Source: a virus
IMG/VR virus record: IMGVR_UViG_3300045988_000486
Location: 1-5,481 of that record
Direction: 5' to 3' (one strand)
Length of the DNA stretch: 5,481 nt
The notes beneath the pieces are model-generated. The model did not search any database and had not been told where the DNA came from. It worked only from the letters and a program-made list of their open reading frames with translations. Position numbers and translations under genes: made by a program. This document shows, in pieces, positions 4,422-5,481 of this stretch; positions within the stretch are counted from its first letter, which is position 1, and each line of letters starts with the position of its first letter.

Positions 4422-5444
4422 ATGAGCTGCGCAAGACCACTCATCAGAGTATACAATCCAAATGACCACAACATAACAGGGTCAATCATGACCTTGGAGA
4501 CGTACCGCGAAAGAACACACAATCCAACAGCAACTTATGAGAGTATCGCATACCGAACAGACGTAATGCTCCTACCATGCGGTAAATGTATCGGGTGCAG
4601 ACTCAGACAGCGGCAAGACTGGGAGACGCGAATGTTAATGGAGTCAAAAACACTGACGCCAGTGTGGTTTTTGACGCTGACGTGGAATCAAGAATATGTG
4701 CCGGGTATGGTAAGAGAAACAGGCGAAATTATAAGAGGTGCAGCGCATCAGTGGACGACCGGAGACGCACCGGAAGTGGTGCAAATTCTCCTACAAGAGG
4801 ACATGGTACGCTTTAACAAGAGGCTGAGGAAAAAACAAGAAACGTCCAATAAATGGGGCTTAGACCTGAGATATTTTTACTGTGGCGAATACGGCGAAAA
4901 CACGGGAAGACCGCATCATCACGGCATTTATTATGGTTTAGAGATACCAGACCTCAAGAAAAAAAGGGGTGATAATCCGTACTTCGAAAGCGAAGAGATA
5001 AACAAAATATGGGGCATGGGCAACGTCATCATCGCAGAGGCATCACCGGAAACGATGGCCTATGTAGCAGGGTATGTAACCAAAAAGACATACGGAAACG
5101 ACAACAAAAGGTATAGGGAGTTAGGTTTAACACCGCCGTACTGTTGCATGTCAAGAAATCCGGGTCTGGGCTATGACTACTACACGAGCCATAAAGAGCA
5201 GATGTACGCAGATGATGGGCTATATTTTAACGGTAAAAAAAGGCCGATACCGAGGTACTTTGATAAAAAATACGAAGAAGAAAACCCGAAAAGACTATGG
5301 AGCATAAAAGAAAAACGACAGTCGAGCGCAATAAACGCCTTAAAACTCAAAATGGCCAATACAGGATTGACCATAGAGCAGGAAGCAAAAGTAGAGGAAG
5401 AGACAAAGAAACAGAGGTTTAGAAAAGCCAGAGGGCTATTATAG
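4422..5444 (+). CDS. VP4: Rolling-circle replication initiator VP4 (HUH endonuclease, phiX174 A-like), 340 aa
   Basis: GGAGG (4410-4414) lies 7 nt upstream, and the ATG directly follows the VP2 TAA. Motif 1 is FLTLTW (4668-4685), the HUH motif is PHHHGIYY (4911-4934), and the two-tyrosine motif is YVAGYVTKK (5061-5087; compare phiX174 A YVAKYVNKK). An N-terminal LPCGKCIGCR cysteine cluster is typical of gokushovirus VP4. Confidence 0.96.
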   Translation: MSCARPLIRVYNPNDHNITGSIMTLETYRERTHNPTATYESIAYRTDVMLLPCGKCIGCRLRQRQDWETRMLMESKTLTPVWFLTLTWNQEYVPGMVRETGEIIRGAAHQWTTGDAPEVVQILLQEDMVRFNKRLRKKQETSNKWGLDLRYFYCGEYGENTGRPHHHGIYYGLEIPDLKKKRGDNPYFESEEINKIWGMGNVIIAEASPETMAYVAGYVTKKTYGNDNKRYRELGLTPPYCCMSRNPGLGYDYYTSHKEQMYADDGLYFNGKKRPIPRYFDKKYEEENPKRLWSIKEKRQSSAINALKLKMANTGLTIEQEAKVEEETKKQRFRKARGLL

Positions 5445-5481
5445 TGTCAGTGGGCCTAATCCTATCAAGAAGAGGATTAGG
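5405..5481. repeat. Terminal direct repeat, copy 2 (identical to 1-77)
   Basis: Same sequence as bases 1-77. It contains the VP4 3' end and the 5' arm, loop and part of the 3' arm of the 46-82 hairpin. Confidence 0.95.

Noticed and set aside
4959-5241. Two A7 runs in VP4 (4959-4965 and 5235-5241, both AAA AAA AGG) could be programmed frameshift or transcriptional slippage sites.
   Set aside because: Neither sits in a canonical X XXY YYZ context in the zero frame. No downstream stimulatory structure was seen. They simply encode Lys-Lys-Arg, and the -1 frame at the first run terminates almost at once.

Overview
The window holds one complete, circularly permuted genome of a small ssDNA phage of the family Microviridae, with a Gokushovirinae-like gene set and order. 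Bases 1-77 are identical to 5405-5481, so the unit genome is 5404 nt; the duplication looks like a circular-assembly overlap, not a biological terminal repeat. All credible genes are on the + strand in one tightly coupled array with start/stop overlaps GTGA, TAATG, ATGA and TAA-ATG. In order they are an orphan 68-aa ORF, a possible 42-aa ORF, a 39-aa highly basic J/VP8-like DNA-binding peptide, an 80-aa VP5-like protein, the VP3 internal scaffold, the VP1 major capsid, the VP2 pilot protein and the VP4 HUH rolling-circle replication initiator. Most genes have strong AGGAG/GGAGG ribosome-binding sites, and sigma70-like TATAAT boxes are present. There is no multi-gene defence-type system. The unusual part is a 676-nt non-coding region (41-716, about 12.5% of the genome) between the VP4 stop and the first ORF. 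It contains a 14-bp perfect hairpin right after the rep stop and two further G/C-rich hairpins. It also has two 17-nt alternating purine-pyrimidine tracts, one being C(ACGC)4, enclosed by a stem and followed by a T-run. Finally it has a same-orientation array of at least 7 exact and 5 or more degenerate GTTGAAA repeats next to candidate promoters. A second hairpin sharing the 10-mer GGGGACAAAA lies between the VP1 stop and the VP2 start. Homology statements rest on motifs I recognise by eye; no searches were run.
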